From: Sphaerodactylus townsendi
Lineage: Eukaryota
Direction: 5' to 3'
Assembly: GCF_021028975.2 (NCBI RefSeq)
Contig: NC_059426.1
Span: forward strand, 79,856,001-79,920,000
Length of the DNA: 64,000 nt
Shown here in pieces: positions 63,608-64,000 of this stretch. The translations under genes were made by a program, and so were the position numbers. The notes below the pieces were generated by a model, which worked only from the letters and a program-made list of their open reading frames with translations, ran no database searches and had not been told where the DNA came from. How positions within the stretch are numbered: the first letter of the stretch is position 1; each line of letters begins with the position of its first letter.

Positions 63608-64000
63608 TAGAATAATAGAATCATAAAGTTGGAAGAGACCACAAGGGTCATTGAGTCCAATGCCATGCCATGCAGGAATACACAATCAAAGCACTCCTGA
63701 CAGATGGTCATCCAGACTCTGTTTGAAAACCTCCATAGAAGGAGACTCTACCACACTCTGAGGCAGTGGCGAAGCCACAAGTGGGCGGGGGGATGCGTCG
63801 TACACCGGGTAAGAAGGTAAATGTGGGTAGGGGGCGCTGCGGGGGTCAGGGGGATGCCACGGGGGGCACGGGGGGGCATGGGGTGCAGAAAATGTGGAAT
63901 ATGCACTGGGCACAGTTTGGCCCAGCTACGCCTCTGCTCTGAGGCAGTGTATTCTACTGTTGAACAGCCCTTACTGTCAGGAAGTTCTTCCTAATGTTTA
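63608..64000 (-). mobile_element. CR1 LINE 3' end
   Basis: tagaatcata tail; minus-strand VVESPSMEVFKQSLDDHLSGVL typical of CR1 ORF2 end. Confidence 0.9.
63764..63936. mobile_element. hAT (Tip100-like) MITE inserted in CR1
   Basis: TIRs cagtggcgaagc / gctacgcctctg; exact 8-bp TSD ctctgagg (63756-63763, 63937-63944). Confidence 0.92.

Overview
Non-coding, repeat-rich vertebrate DNA, most likely a large intron or intergenic region. The repeat content points to a squamate, probably a gecko: MIR/Ther1-core SINEs with (GAA)n tails, 5S/Sauria-type SINEs, L2, CR1 and RTE-X-like LINEs, and Penelope-like fragments. I recognise no host protein-coding gene; the ORF track is explained by decayed LINE ORF2 pieces, GC-rich MITEs and chance. 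Supported features: two non-autonomous Helitrons of one family, several hAT and PIF/Harbinger MITEs with checkable TIRs and TSDs, a solo LTR, and three Penelope-like terminal fragments carrying decayed minimal hammerhead motifs (two arranged as inverted repeats). The most unusual item is an ~820-bp CpG-rich, promoter-like insert (24284-25103) bracketed by an exact 35-bp direct repeat, with its left copy inside an octamer/PSE-like/TATA arrangement. Repeat-free stretches carry perfect RFX and MEF2 motifs. Family assignments come from pattern recognition, not database searches. I cannot show that a genuinely new system is present.
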